Positions 35,641-46,971 of a stretch of DNA of 47,662 nt are shown here, piece by piece. This DNA comes from Chiloscyllium plagiosum. Its lineage: Eukaryota. The stretch's first letter is position 1, and the number at the start of each line of letters is the position of its first letter. The translations under genes and the position numbers were made by a program. Below the pieces are notes generated by a model. The model had not been told where the DNA came from and ran no database searches. It saw only the letters and a list, made by a program, of their open reading frames with translations. The DNA lies in NCBI RefSeq assembly GCF_004010195.1, contig NC_057753.1, positions 8,167,998 to 8,215,659 of the forward strand. Reading direction: 5' to 3'.

Positions 35641-38139
35641 AAAAGAAAGAAAAATAAATTAATGAGGAAATCAAAATGAGTACACGAATGGAAATCAAAA
35701 ACACAAAAACTGACTCAACGCTTGTATCGATATTCAAAGAAGTGGCAAGCAAATTCAGATATGGAAACTTTATAGAAAGGGGTAAGGAAGGATGTTGCAG
35801 AGACAAGACAATAGCAGTGAAACGAACCAGTTACTTTGTATCTGTCTTCATGGAGGTAGAGTCAGAAAACTTCCCTGAGAACCAAGTATTCACATGATCT
35901 TTGCGTAATTAAACAGAAAATCAATGATATCAATAACAATGTAGGGCTTGAAAATGTTACTGGATTGTGCATTGTTATGTCAAAGGATGAGATGTGCTTC
36001 ATACGGAAACATTGAAATAGGCATAGACAATGCATCAGTAAACATATTATCTGCATTAGTGATTACTCTTTTATTTGTCCCTGTACTTTCTTTTAAAACA
36101 GGGAGCCATTTTGGAAAACTGTTAGGGAGCAAAGTGAATCCAATCATTTTCAAAGTGATGAAGAAAGAGTGTAGTGAACTACAGAGCAATTAACTTGATA
36201 TTCTCTGGAGGGAAACTGTTCAGATCCATTATATAGCAGGTGATATTAGATGCTTCGAAGGTAAAAACACAATAGAATAGATAAGTACGAATTCCCGAAA
36301 AGGAAATCACAATTGTTAATCTTCAGATATTTTTGATGGTGTTTCTTGCAGCATAGCTAATGGACACACACTGCAAAAGATATATTTCCATTGCTGGAAA
36401 GTCGTCTCTAATAAAGCATTGCCCAAATAAGAAATTACAAGGAATGGTATTGGGAGGAAGGTATGCGGATAGCATAGAAAAACAATAGTTAGCATTCATT
36501 TCAATGGATCGCAGTCCAGACATTTAGCCGCCCTGCACCAGCTGGATAGAGTGGTGGTGATACTGAGACTGGAGCAATCTGCACAAATATTGTTCTAGCT
36601 ATCGAAGGATACATATTGGCCAAGTGAAATTGCAATGGACGTTCACCTGATTAATCTGTACAAATTTCAGTCTGTCTGACGCAGTAACTCGATCTGTGAT
36701 CTCTAGTTTCAAAGAATGAGAGATGATCGCAGTGAAACTTAGAAAATTTAAAGAACGTCTGACAACGTGGATATAAATAGAAGTTTTTTCTCCAGCTGTC
36801 GACTTCACATTTTGTGGGCATGATGTCACCAAAAGCAGCGGATCATTTAACCCTTCAATAAGGAGGAAATGCTTCACTCTGAGAGGGTTCTACAACACAG
36901 GGGTATGAAAAAGTGCTGGCGGGTAAGATCAGGGACAATCCAAGATATTCTGCAAGTGTATCAAGTGAATAGAATCGCCAGGATACATTGATGCTCATTA
37001 GAAACGAAGTGGGCAGTCTGTGCGTGACGCAGAAGATTGCTGGATTGTGGAATGAGTTCTTCTCTTCACTCGAGAGAAGAAGGATGCAGACAGAGAAATC
37101 GAGAAGGTGGACTATGAAGCTCTTTAGCAGATCCATACGGTGTGCGAGCAGGTATTGGAGATTTTGGGCCGGTTTAAAATTGAAGATATCAAAGTTTGCA
37201 TGAGTTGTATCCCATGCTGTTGTAGGCGACGAGAAAGAAAAGTTGCTGTCACAAAGTTTTAAATCAACTTTGGTCAGCTAATGCTGTATCACTTTACAGG
37301 ACGGATGGTGAAGGTAAAGCTGGGGAATATAGACCACGCCCATCAATGTTAGGAACCTAAAGTAGAAAACAGGGAATGAGAAAAATGATCACCATTTCGA
37401 GAGGCAAGGCTTGGTCAGGTACAGTCAGTGTGTCTTTATAACAGGGAGATAATTTATATTGCTCATTCAGCTAGACATTTGCCAAAGGCTGACACAGGGA
37501 ACTTATGACGTAAAGACTCATGGTATCGAGGGTGACTTGGCAAGTTGGATCCAAAATTGACATGGTAGCAGCAGAGAGAAGATAGTGGTAGAAAGCTGTT
37601 TGTGTGATTGGAGACCAGTGTTCTGTGGCATTCCATATGGACCAGAGTTGTGTCCCGTATTATTTGTCTTTTTCAGAAATGACATGGATGTGGATGTGGA
37701 GGACAGTGAGGGGTGGGAGAGGGGCGGGATTGATAAGTATGTTTGCGTTTGAAACGAATATTGGAAGATTTGATAGTGTTAAGATGGAAGGTAAGATGTA
37801 AATGGAATAGTTAGATTGGATGATCAATGGGAGACGGAAATTAAATTTGATAAATATGAGGTGATGCATTTTGGAAGAAAGCACAAGCCAGTGTAGCACT
37901 CAATGAATGGCAGCATAATCGAAAGCTCAGAGAATGGTTCTTCACAGATGCCTAAAGGTAACTGGACAGATTGTTACAATACTTAAGAAGGATAAGAGGT
38001 ACATAGATATATGCACAGCCTCTAACCAGGAATACACAGATTGCGAGAGTTAGGAGATTATGTGGGAGATGTTTGGGAGGATGGTTCCAGAATCGATGGG
38101 AGACTGTCTGCAGTTCTGTTTGACACATTACAGAAGGTT

Positions 38140-38222
38140 TAGAACATAGAACATAGAACATAGAACAATACAGCGCAGTACAGGCCCTTTGGCCTTCGAT
38201 GTTGCGCCGATCCAAGCCCACC
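38140..38222 (-). mobile_element. CR1 3' tail stub at a rearrangement breakpoint
   Basis: (TAGAACA)4 followed by atacagcgcagtacaggccctttggcc...gccgatccaagccca, the same family as 44075. Confidence 0.85.
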
Positions 38223-39309
38223 AAAGACTTACACAATCTCAGTCCCGGGATATCACTGCAGCAGATCCTCAGTGCAGCTTCCTCAGCACAAGTATCTTCA
38301 ACTGCTTCATCAATGGCTTTAATCCCATCACAAAGTCAGAAGTTGGGATAGTCATTGAAGATTACATGATGTTTAGAACAATTTGTCACACCTCAGGTAT
38401 TGGGACAATCTGTGACCATGTGCTGCCAAACCTGCACAACATTGAACCTTGAGCTGTTAACGTGTTGGTAGCATGCATGCGACCTGAATTCTACACATTC
38501 AAATTTTCCACAGTAAGAAGAGGAGCTCATTGAGCGCTTCAAACTGCTTTCTCAGGACCACGTGGAAGCTATTCTTCCAATGAAAACTATTGCTCAATAA
38601 AATGGATAGCCCAGTCAGTCCCTAGTACCCATTTGGAAAGAGCAGGAATCTTGGGAACACATCGAGCTGTTTATCAGGATGGGCGAAGTAGCATACGGCA
38701 ATTAGATAACTGAAATTGTCCCACGGGCCAAAAAGAAACCATACTACACCACAGAAACTCCTGGAAGATCGGTGGGGTTGAGCAGGGGGAGGGGAGGGTC
38801 TTTCCGCACCTGATGTCTTTTACACAGAAATAGCAGGATGTCTTTCAAAGATATTTAGACCGGAACAGAAGGAGGACATACAAACCCGCAAGTCACTTGT
38901 ACAGTGGCAAGTGGTGGTCCTTGATGCTCCAACATGACAAATCGAGCAAAGCTTGCACAGATAGACTGCTTCACGTCGTTCCTCAAAGCTCCATTACCCA
39001 TTATAGACAGATTGCACTTCAACATGCTTTTCTCGTAGTGAGCAGCAGAGGTAAAGATTTTTAGGATGATATATCTCGGAGGAATCTTTCATCTCCGAGA
39101 TTAAGACATTTTTTCTCTTTTTGGAGGTGAGACGCTGTTGGAAATGGCTAATGAAGGTATTGTGGCATGAGACAGGATTATGAATAATGTGACCTTCATT
39201 GCAGAGCCACACACCAACTGCACATTAATCTGCTGAGAGTTCAGGCAGAGTTGTATTTCTCTTTCAATCCACTTGGGGATATAAAGTGTCCCTGAATTTA
39301 TATTCTCTA

Positions 39310-40000
39310 AATCTCAAGATGAATCCCACCATTGTATTTGCCTTCCTAATTACCAAATTTGCATGCAGGTTTACCTGAACAGTATCCTGGACTAGGACTG
39401 CAAGTCCCTTTGCTCTCCAATTTCTAAATTTTCTCTCCATTTAGAAAATAGGCCATGCCTCTATTCTTCCGACCAAAATACATAACATTCCACTTTCCCA
39501 CCTTGTATTTCATCTGCTCTTCTTCGCCCACTCTCCTCACCTGTCTATATAATCCTGTACCTTCCCTGCCCCTTGAATACTGCCTTCCCCTCCAACTATC
39601 TTTGCATCAATTGAAAACGTAGCCTGAATGCCGTCATTTCCTTCATCCAGGTGATTAATGAATAAAGTGAAAGATTGTGGTCATAACACCGATCCTTGTG
39701 GATCAACGCTCGCCACAAGCTTCCTAGAAGGAATGAAAGTTTTATCCCCATTCTTTGCCTTCTGCCAGATAGTAAACCTTTCACATATGCTAGTAACTTT
39801 CCTGTCACACCATCGGCCTTATCATGTTCAGCATCGTCTTTTGCAGCATCTCATCAAAGATCTTCTCCAAGTCCAGATAGATAACACCTATTGGCTCTCC
39901 TTTGTCGAACTCAGACAAAGGCTGCCAAAACTCCTTTTCGCTCTCCCCGTGGCAAGGAGATGATTCCTTATAATACAGACTAAATCTGTCCACAATTGCC
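39310..40000 (-). mobile_element. Old degraded CR1 RT remnant
   Basis: Minus-strand translation DKGEPIGVIYLDLEKIFD (ORF 39805..39993). Confidence 0.75.
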
Positions 40001-40131
40001 TAAATACTCTACAAGCAAATATTCTCAGTGTTTATCATGACGTTTCACTTTTTGTCAATTATCCCGTCTCCAGATCCTCTACTTTGTTTAAAACTTCATT
40101 CCATCTCGAGTGACTGAGACTGATCTGGAGT

Positions 40132-41130
40132 TGTGATGATACTATGTCTATAAAAGATGTATTTTGAAGAAACAGTGATTGAAACAGAGGAGAGGACGAG
40201 TATTTAAGAAGGTAAACGAATTGTGAAGGGTTGGGTTCTGTTTTTTTTTAATGTTGGAAAAATAGAAACAGCTGAATGGTTGTGGACAACCTCCACAAAA
40301 CCAGATTCTACATTTTTGTCTTTATCTTTCAGCAGCGGCAACTGATAGCTGGAGTCTTCAAGCAATTGGAGTTATGAAAAGCTGTCACATATCCTTCACT
40401 TTGCTCCAAATGACAGCTGACATTCTCACTCTCAGAATATTATTTCGATGTTCGTTTGATGTTCTTTCTCCTCGAGTGGAGACCTGTATGACAGACGATC
40501 TATCTTCCTGCATTTGTGGGCACGGTGGCACAGTGGTTAGCACTACTGCCTCAGAGCGCCAGAGACCCGGGTTCAATTCCCGCCTCAGGCGACTGACTGT
40601 GTGGAGTTTGCACGTTCTCCCCGTGTCTGCGTGGATTTCCTCTGGGTGCTCCAGTTTCCTCCCACAGTCCAAAGATGTGCAGGGTCAGGTGAAGTGGCCA
40701 TACTAAATTGCCCGTAGTGTTAGATAAGGGGTAAATGTAGGGGTATGGATGGGTTTCGCTTCGGCGGGTCGGTGTGGACTTGTTGGGCCGAAGGGCCTGT
40801 TTCCACACTGTAATCTAATCTAATCTAATCTAGTTGCCAAGGGTGTAATTATGGGATGTCACTGTGTTCGAAGTTGCTGTTGAGTAGTTAGATAATATAT
40901 TAGACTAATACGTTTTCCCATGGAATCAATTTATTTCATTTGCCCTTTATTTTTTTGCATTTTAAATATAATTTCGAGCTGAAATGCGTTTGTTTCAAGG
41001 TCTGGTATTTTGACAAATCTAACTTCATCGGAATGCGACACTTGGCAACTACCTCCAAAATAAAAAAAAGGTGCTCTCTGGCATATGTACTTCATGTCAT
41101 TTGCAAGGGTTTGGTCTGTTGCAGAATACA
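40132..41130 (+). mobile_element. Possible old solo LTR (TG...CA) interrupted by a SINE
   Basis: Starts tgtgatgatactatgtctataaaagatgtattttg and ends gggtttggtctgttgcagaataca. Both ends resemble those of the 42017-42617 candidate. No TSD found. Confidence 0.3.
40518..40832 (+). mobile_element. V-SINE (HE1-like)
   Basis: A and B boxes, V-domain and (TAATC)n tail. Confidence 0.92.
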
Positions 41131-41268
41131 ATGTAAAAGTTCATTTCACAATTTTCTGTATCTCAGCATCATAAATCAAACACCAGAGTGGAGATCTAGA
41201 GATAAATATATTCCTGGGAGTTACACAGAGGGAAAGAAAACCGCATTAAATACGGAATTACCACATTA

Positions 41269-41573
41269 CGGCGCGGTTTGTTAGCACTGTTGACTCACGC
41301 CACCTGGGTCCCAGGGTCGATTCCAACCTCGGGCGACTGTCTCTGTGGAGTTGGCACCTTCGCCCCGTGTCTGTGTGGGTTTTCTCCGGGTAGTCCGGTT
41401 TTCTTCTACAGTCCAAAGACGTGCATGTCAGGTCAATTGGCCATTAAAATTACCCATAGTGTTAGGTGCATTCATTAGAGGGTAGTGGGTCTGGGCGGTT
41501 CCTCTTCGGAGGGTCGGTGTGGACTTGTTGAGCCGAAGGGCCTGTTTCCGCACTGTACAGAATCTAATCTAAT
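41269..41573 (+). mobile_element. Diverged V-SINE
   Basis: Degenerate head, V-domain and gggtcggtgtggacttgttg...aatctaatctaatc tail. Confidence 0.85.
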
Positions 41574-42016
41574 CACTGCATTTGTAGTAAGACGGATACA
41601 GGTGGAGGAAGGGGACTAGCTTTTTTTGTCCTCTTTCCATGGGATGTGTGTCTTCCTATAAAAGCAGCCATTTGGACCCCCCGACTTTCCCAGTAACTGG
41701 GTGTCTTGCTCGGCTATTCCACGGGTCAATAACAGGGAAGACACATTTGCTGTGTGTCTGCATTCACAAGCAGACCTTACCAGGGAAGGGTGGTTGCATA
41801 ACATTCAGCAAAGGGAATGAGTAAGGCAGATGTCTTTTTTCACAAAAGTTGATGTCAGTTTCATTGGCTCTTTTTTAGATTTCTCCAATTTCCTCAATCC
41901 GATGTGACGAAAACTCTACATTATTATCCTGGGCGCCCATGTTAATATCAAAGTTCCACTCACCATGAAAATGTCTCCCCATCTGCAGGAAGAAAATTTA
42001 CTATTTCAAAAATAAT

Positions 42017-42617
42017 TGTAATGGAAGAGGCCAGACACCCCAAAACATTTAGATGGTAACCCAGAACTTACCTTCTCCAGGTTTTTTTAAGCAGATGTAA
42101 AGTGAATATTCCAGGAGTGATGCGCGGGTCAAACTACTCGATTTTAAACAAAACAGAATTTATTTGCATACGGACAAATTAAATCTGAAGTTAGAAAATA
42201 TAAATATTTGAAAACCCAACTGACACGAAAACCCAACTTCAGAAAGAGCTATTAAGATTTCCTGCAGAATCTCAGAAACACACCCCTTAAATAAGGTAAA
42301 CTCAAACATAGGTTATTATGGGAAAGAAAATAACAGAGAGAGGGAGAGTTTTAGCATGGATCTGTTTCTTTGGGTACTCAGCAAAAGCTAACACAAAACT
42401 TTAACATCTCTGAACTGTGAGAACTGTTCGCTTCTCCTTCATTGTACAAGTGTTACAAAAATCCTTGAATGCTTTCAATAATTGTTCCGTTAGGCAGCAC
42501 CTCTTTGCCATTATTACAGTAGCCAAGTCAGACCTTTCAGCACCTCTGCATTTACGACCCCTCTCGAAAAATAAACCAAAGACAATATACACTTGTTAAA
42601 GGAACATTTTCGTCACA
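42017..42617 (-). mobile_element. Possible solo LTR
   Basis: The minus strand starts TGTGACGAAAA, has AATAAA (42159-42164) and ends ...gtctggcctcttccattACA. An alternative left end at 41903 gives an 11-bp inverted terminal match. No TSD found. Confidence 0.35.
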
Positions 42618-42999
42618 GCATTTTCATCGTAAGTGGAAACGCAGCCAGAAGAGATTTGAAAGAGTTGAGTCGGGTTTGTCAAAGGCACAGAACCTGCAAT
42701 GAGGCTGAGGTGGAGAGCGCTATGTTCTGCTGGTGCTGCTGGAAAGGATCTGGAGACATAAAGCAGAGCAGGCCGAATACAATCAAGAACTCTGCGAGCC
42801 ATCTGGTTCCTCAGATATTGGTGATGGAGGGGTTTATAATTATATGCTAGTAATTAGTAATGGCAACATTTTTTTTTAATTTGGAATGAATGACACTTGT
42901 AATTGGAACTGACGATATTATCTCCCATCTTTACAAAATGTAAATGTCAGGAACAGCAATCAATTCAACTTGTTTTAATAGACAGACAAATTGACTTAC

Positions 43000-43216
43000 C
43001 AGGAACACCAACAATAGCAAGGATTGGGTAGTAACCACTTTGAATAACAAAAAGTAAATAATAGATCCGCCATGATAATGATATCTGATCCTGAGAAAGC
43101 CAGGAAAGGCCTTCAGATAAACTCCGGTGATAAACTGCACCATTCCGGTCTGCTGTTCTCAACTTCTGATTTTTTGTAGGAACATTGCAGTCGATTATTC
43201 TGTGAATCCATTCCAT
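43000..43216 (-). CDS. Class A GPCR (GPR139/GPR142-like) coding exon 1 of unit 3: N-terminus and first part of TM1
   Basis: ATG at 43216, 72 codons plus 1 nt ending YYLLFVIQSGYYPILAIVGVP-G|GTAAGT. The phase-1 donor completes GVP-V-NVVTI with an exon like 9322-10217. The start codon is uncertain. Confidence 0.8.
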
Positions 43217-43855
43217 TTTTGGTAAATTCGGATCTTTCGTTCCTCAATTCTGATCTCTCCTGCCCCTCTCTCTCGATCTGCTGACCCTGTTAGTGTCGGA
43301 GGTGATGCTGCCACTGACGCTGTCAGATAATACGTTTAAAGGGACCTTTATTAATAGAAGAAGGAAAGCAATTAGTGACATAACTAGGATCCGTGGAGGC
43401 CCAATATTAATCATGGTGACGAAACAAACATGTTCAGTCAACGCCTTTCAATTCAACACTTTTTTTCAAATGCGAAATAGTGCAGAAATGTTAGGTGGAA
43501 TACATGAGGATCACTGATGGAAGGAACATTGAAAATAGTGCAGCGATTGCGTATAGTCATTCATTGCAGTGAATCCAAATGACGTTGGGACATAGATGTG
43601 CATCTCTGTCCATAACGGGCGAGAAACATTCTGTAAATTCTGGTCAGTAATTGTAGTGATAGCGTAATATTAAGGGAAATTTCAACGTTCATACACGAGG
43701 GAAAATAAATCAATGTTTACAACAGACAAACGGTTAATAGAGAAAGATACCTGATGAACACAATTTTGATCAGTGAGGACGGTAATTTTAATGTTATCTA
43801 TGTCAATGTGATCTATTAACGTAGACTGGACTGCAATGGAAGTGTGAATATGACT

Positions 43856-44076
43856 CATGGTGACAATACAGAATGCAGAGAGGAATGGGGAAATGGCTGT
43901 TCAGACTGTTCAGGAGGATAATGAAATGGTCCAGCCATCAGGATTGGAAGACTACTCCTACAAAAAGCAGATTCAACAACACATCTGCTATGAAGAATGA
44001 AAAGAGGTAATATTAAGTAATTGGGGCAATTCCACATAGAATGCAGGGAGAAAATGACATTCTGGGCAAACTAATA
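43856..44076 (+). repeat. About 220-bp diverged direct repeat, second copy about 45300-45516
   Basis: catggtgacaatacagaa...aaactaata is present on both sides of the CR1 pair. Confidence 0.9.
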
Positions 44077-44710
44077 GAACATAGAACATAGAACATAGAA
44101 AAATACAACGCTGTACAGGCCCTTTGGCCCTCGATGTTGCGCCGATCCAAGCCCACCTAACCTACACTAGCCCACTATCCTCTATATGCCCGTTTAAATG
44201 CCCATAAAGAGGGAGAGTCCACCACTGCTACTGGCAAGGCATTCCACGAACTCACGACTCGCTGAGTAAAGAATCTACCCCGAACATCTGTCCTATACCT
44301 ACCACCCCTTCATTTAAAGCTATGCCCCCTCTTATTGCTGACTCCATACGTGGAAAAAGATTCTCATGCTCAGCCCTATCTAAACCCCTAATCATCTTGT
44401 ACACCTCTATCAAGTCACCCCTAAACCTTCTTTTCTCCAATGAAAACAGCCCCAAGTGCCTCAGCCTTTCCTCATACGAACTTCCTACCATACCAGGCAA
44501 CATCCCGGTAAACCTCCTCTGCACCCGTTCCAGTGCCCCACATCCTTCCTATTGTATGGCGAACAAAACTGCACACAATACTCCAGATGCAGCCGCACCA
44601 GAGTCTTATACAACTGCAACATGACCCCAGGACTCCGGAACTCAATTCCTCTACCAATAAAAGCCAGTACACCATATGCCTTCTTCACCGCACTATTTAC
44701 CTGGGAGGCA
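44075..44710 (-). mobile_element. CR1 LINE 3' fragment
   Basis: ORFs 44252..44524 and 44485..44688 (RT C-terminus), (TAGAACA)n tail at 44075-44100. Confidence 0.93.
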
Positions 44711-45295
44711 TGCTCTCCATTACCAGACGGGGTATTGAGTACAAGGGTTGGCAGGTCATGTTATAGTTGTGTAAGACTTTGGTTCGGCCACATTTGGAAT
44801 ACTGCGTATGGTTCTGGTCACCACATTACCAAAAGGAAGTGGATGCTTTGGAGAGGGTGCAGAGAAGATTTACCAGGATGTTGCCTGGAATGGAGAGGAA
44901 GTCGTACGAGGATCGGTTGAGAGTTCTCGGCCTTTTCTCGTTGGAACGGCGAAGGATGAGGGGTGACTTGATCGAGGTTTATAAGATGATCAGAGGAATA
45001 GATAGAGTAGACAGTCAGAAACGTTTTCCCCGGGTGCAACAGAGTTTTACAAGGGGACATAAATTTAAGGTGAAGGGTGGAAGGTTTAGGGGAGATGTCA
45101 GGGGTGGGTTCTTTACCCAGAGAGTGGTGGGGGCATGGAATGCGCTGCCTGTGGGAGTGGTAGAGTCAGAATCATTGGTGACCTTTAAGCCGCAATTGGA
45201 TAGGTACATGGATGGGTGCTTAAGCTAGGACAAATGTTCGGCACAACATCGTGGGCCGAAGGGCCTGTTCTGTGCTGTATTGTTCTATGTTCTAT
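44707..45295 (+). mobile_element. CR1 LINE 3' fragment, back to back with the previous one
   Basis: ORF 44767..45228 LVRPHLEYC...LERVQRRFTRMLPG...FFTQRVVGAWNALP, tail gttctatgttctat. Confidence 0.93.
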
Positions 45296-46021
45296 ATCAC
45301 ATGGTGACAATACAGAAGACGGAGATATGGGGAAATGGCTGTTCAGACTGTTCAGGAGGATAATGAAATCGTCCAGCCATCAGGACTTTTACGCTTCTCA
45401 TACAAAAGCAGATTCAACAGCACATCTGCTATGAAGGATGAATAGAGGTAATGTTAAGTAATTGGGGCAGTTCCACACAGAATGCAGGGAGAAAATGATA
45501 TTCTGGGAAAACTAATATATTTCTGATAATATAAAGAGATATGTCTGCTAAAATGTAATCATGGTATCAAGACTCATAAATAGAAATGCAGATTAGAAAA
45601 CCATGGAACTGTTGGGAAACCTTTATAAATCATTATTTTTCCCTGTCTCTTTCCCTCTCTCTCAGTGACCCACACACCATTATGGACATAGGTGCATAGG
45701 ACGTAGGAGCAGGTGTGGGCAATTACGCTTCACCATATATCACGATCATGACTCATCTTATCCTGGTCTCAATTTCATTTTCCTACCTGCTCCCCCACGC
45801 ACTTTATCCCGCTTTCCATCAGCAACGCGTTTCTTTCTTTATTGAGTCTGTTGATTGATTTTGCCTCTAACCTAAGTGATGGAGTGAGCTCCAAATGTTT
45901 CATTTAAGGAGAATTTATTCTGTTATCGTTCGTCTGAAAACAATTTTTGTAACCCTGCTACCGAGTTGTCTGGTCAATAAAAAGCAGAGCGATTAGTTGC
46001 TTTTTTTGTAATTGGATCAAA

Positions 46022-46962
46022 GTAGCACAATCGATAGTCAAGGTGAGGAGCCTGAAGACTGGACGTTGACTAACGTGGTGCCACTGTTTAAGAAAGAAGG
46101 TAAGGACAAGCCAGGGAACTATAAACCAGTCAGCCTGAGGGATAGGATGTACATGTATTTGGAAAGGCAAGGACTGATTAGGCATAGTCAACATGGCGTT
46201 GTGCGGAGGAAATCATGTCTTACAAACTTGATTGAGCTTTTTGAAAAAGTAACAAAGAGGGTTGATGAGGATAGAGCGGTAGATGTGATCTATATGAGCT
46301 TCAGCAAGGCATTCGACAGGGTTCCTCGTGGGGCACAGGTTATCAGGTTAGATCTAACGAAATACAGTGAGAACTAGCTGTTTGGATACAGAGCTGGCTC
46401 AAAATTGGAAGACAGAGGGTGGTGGTGTTTTTCAGACAGGAGGCCTGTGACCAGAAGAGTGTCACAAGGATCGGTGATGAGTATACTACTATTTGTCATT
46501 TACATAAAAGATTTGGATGCGAGCAGAAGAGGTACAGTTGGAAGTTTGCAGATGACACCAAAAATGGGAGGTGTCGTGGACCGTGAAGAAGGTTACCTCA
46601 GATTAAACAGGATCTTGACCAGATGGGCCAATGGGCTAAGAAGTGGCATATGGAGTTTAATACAGATAAATGTGAGGTGCTGCATTTGGGGAAAGCAAAT
46701 CTTAGCAGGGCTTATAACTTAATGATAAGGTCTGAGGGAGTGTTGCTGAGAAAAGAGACATTGGTGTGCACGTTCATAGGTCATTGAACGTGGAGTCGCA
46801 AGTAGATCGGATAGTTAAGAAGACGTTTGGTATGCTTTGTTTTATTGCTCAGAGTACTGAGTACAGGAGTTGGGAGGTCATGCTGTGGCTGTACAGGACA
46901 TTGGTTAGGCCACTGTTGTAATATTGCGTGCAATTCTGGTCTCCTTCTTATCGGAAAAATGT
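46022..46962 (+). mobile_element. Degraded CR1 RT fragment
   Basis: PEDWTLTNVVPLFKK...NYKPVSL...SCLTNLIE...FSKAFD (ORF 46012..46377). Confidence 0.9.
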
Positions 46963-46971
46963 TCACCAAAT

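Noticed and set aside
9322..43216. Exon 1 (-, 43216-43000) joining exon 2 (+, 9322-10217) by trans-splicing or programmed inversion
   Set aside because: The phases fit, but intron collinearity shows they belong to different paralogous units. Missing partners left of the window and in the gap explain it more simply.
43325..43356. TATA-like TATTAATAAAGG (-) and a GATA site upstream of exon 1
   Set aside because: Short AT-rich motifs are expected by chance and there is no TSS evidence.
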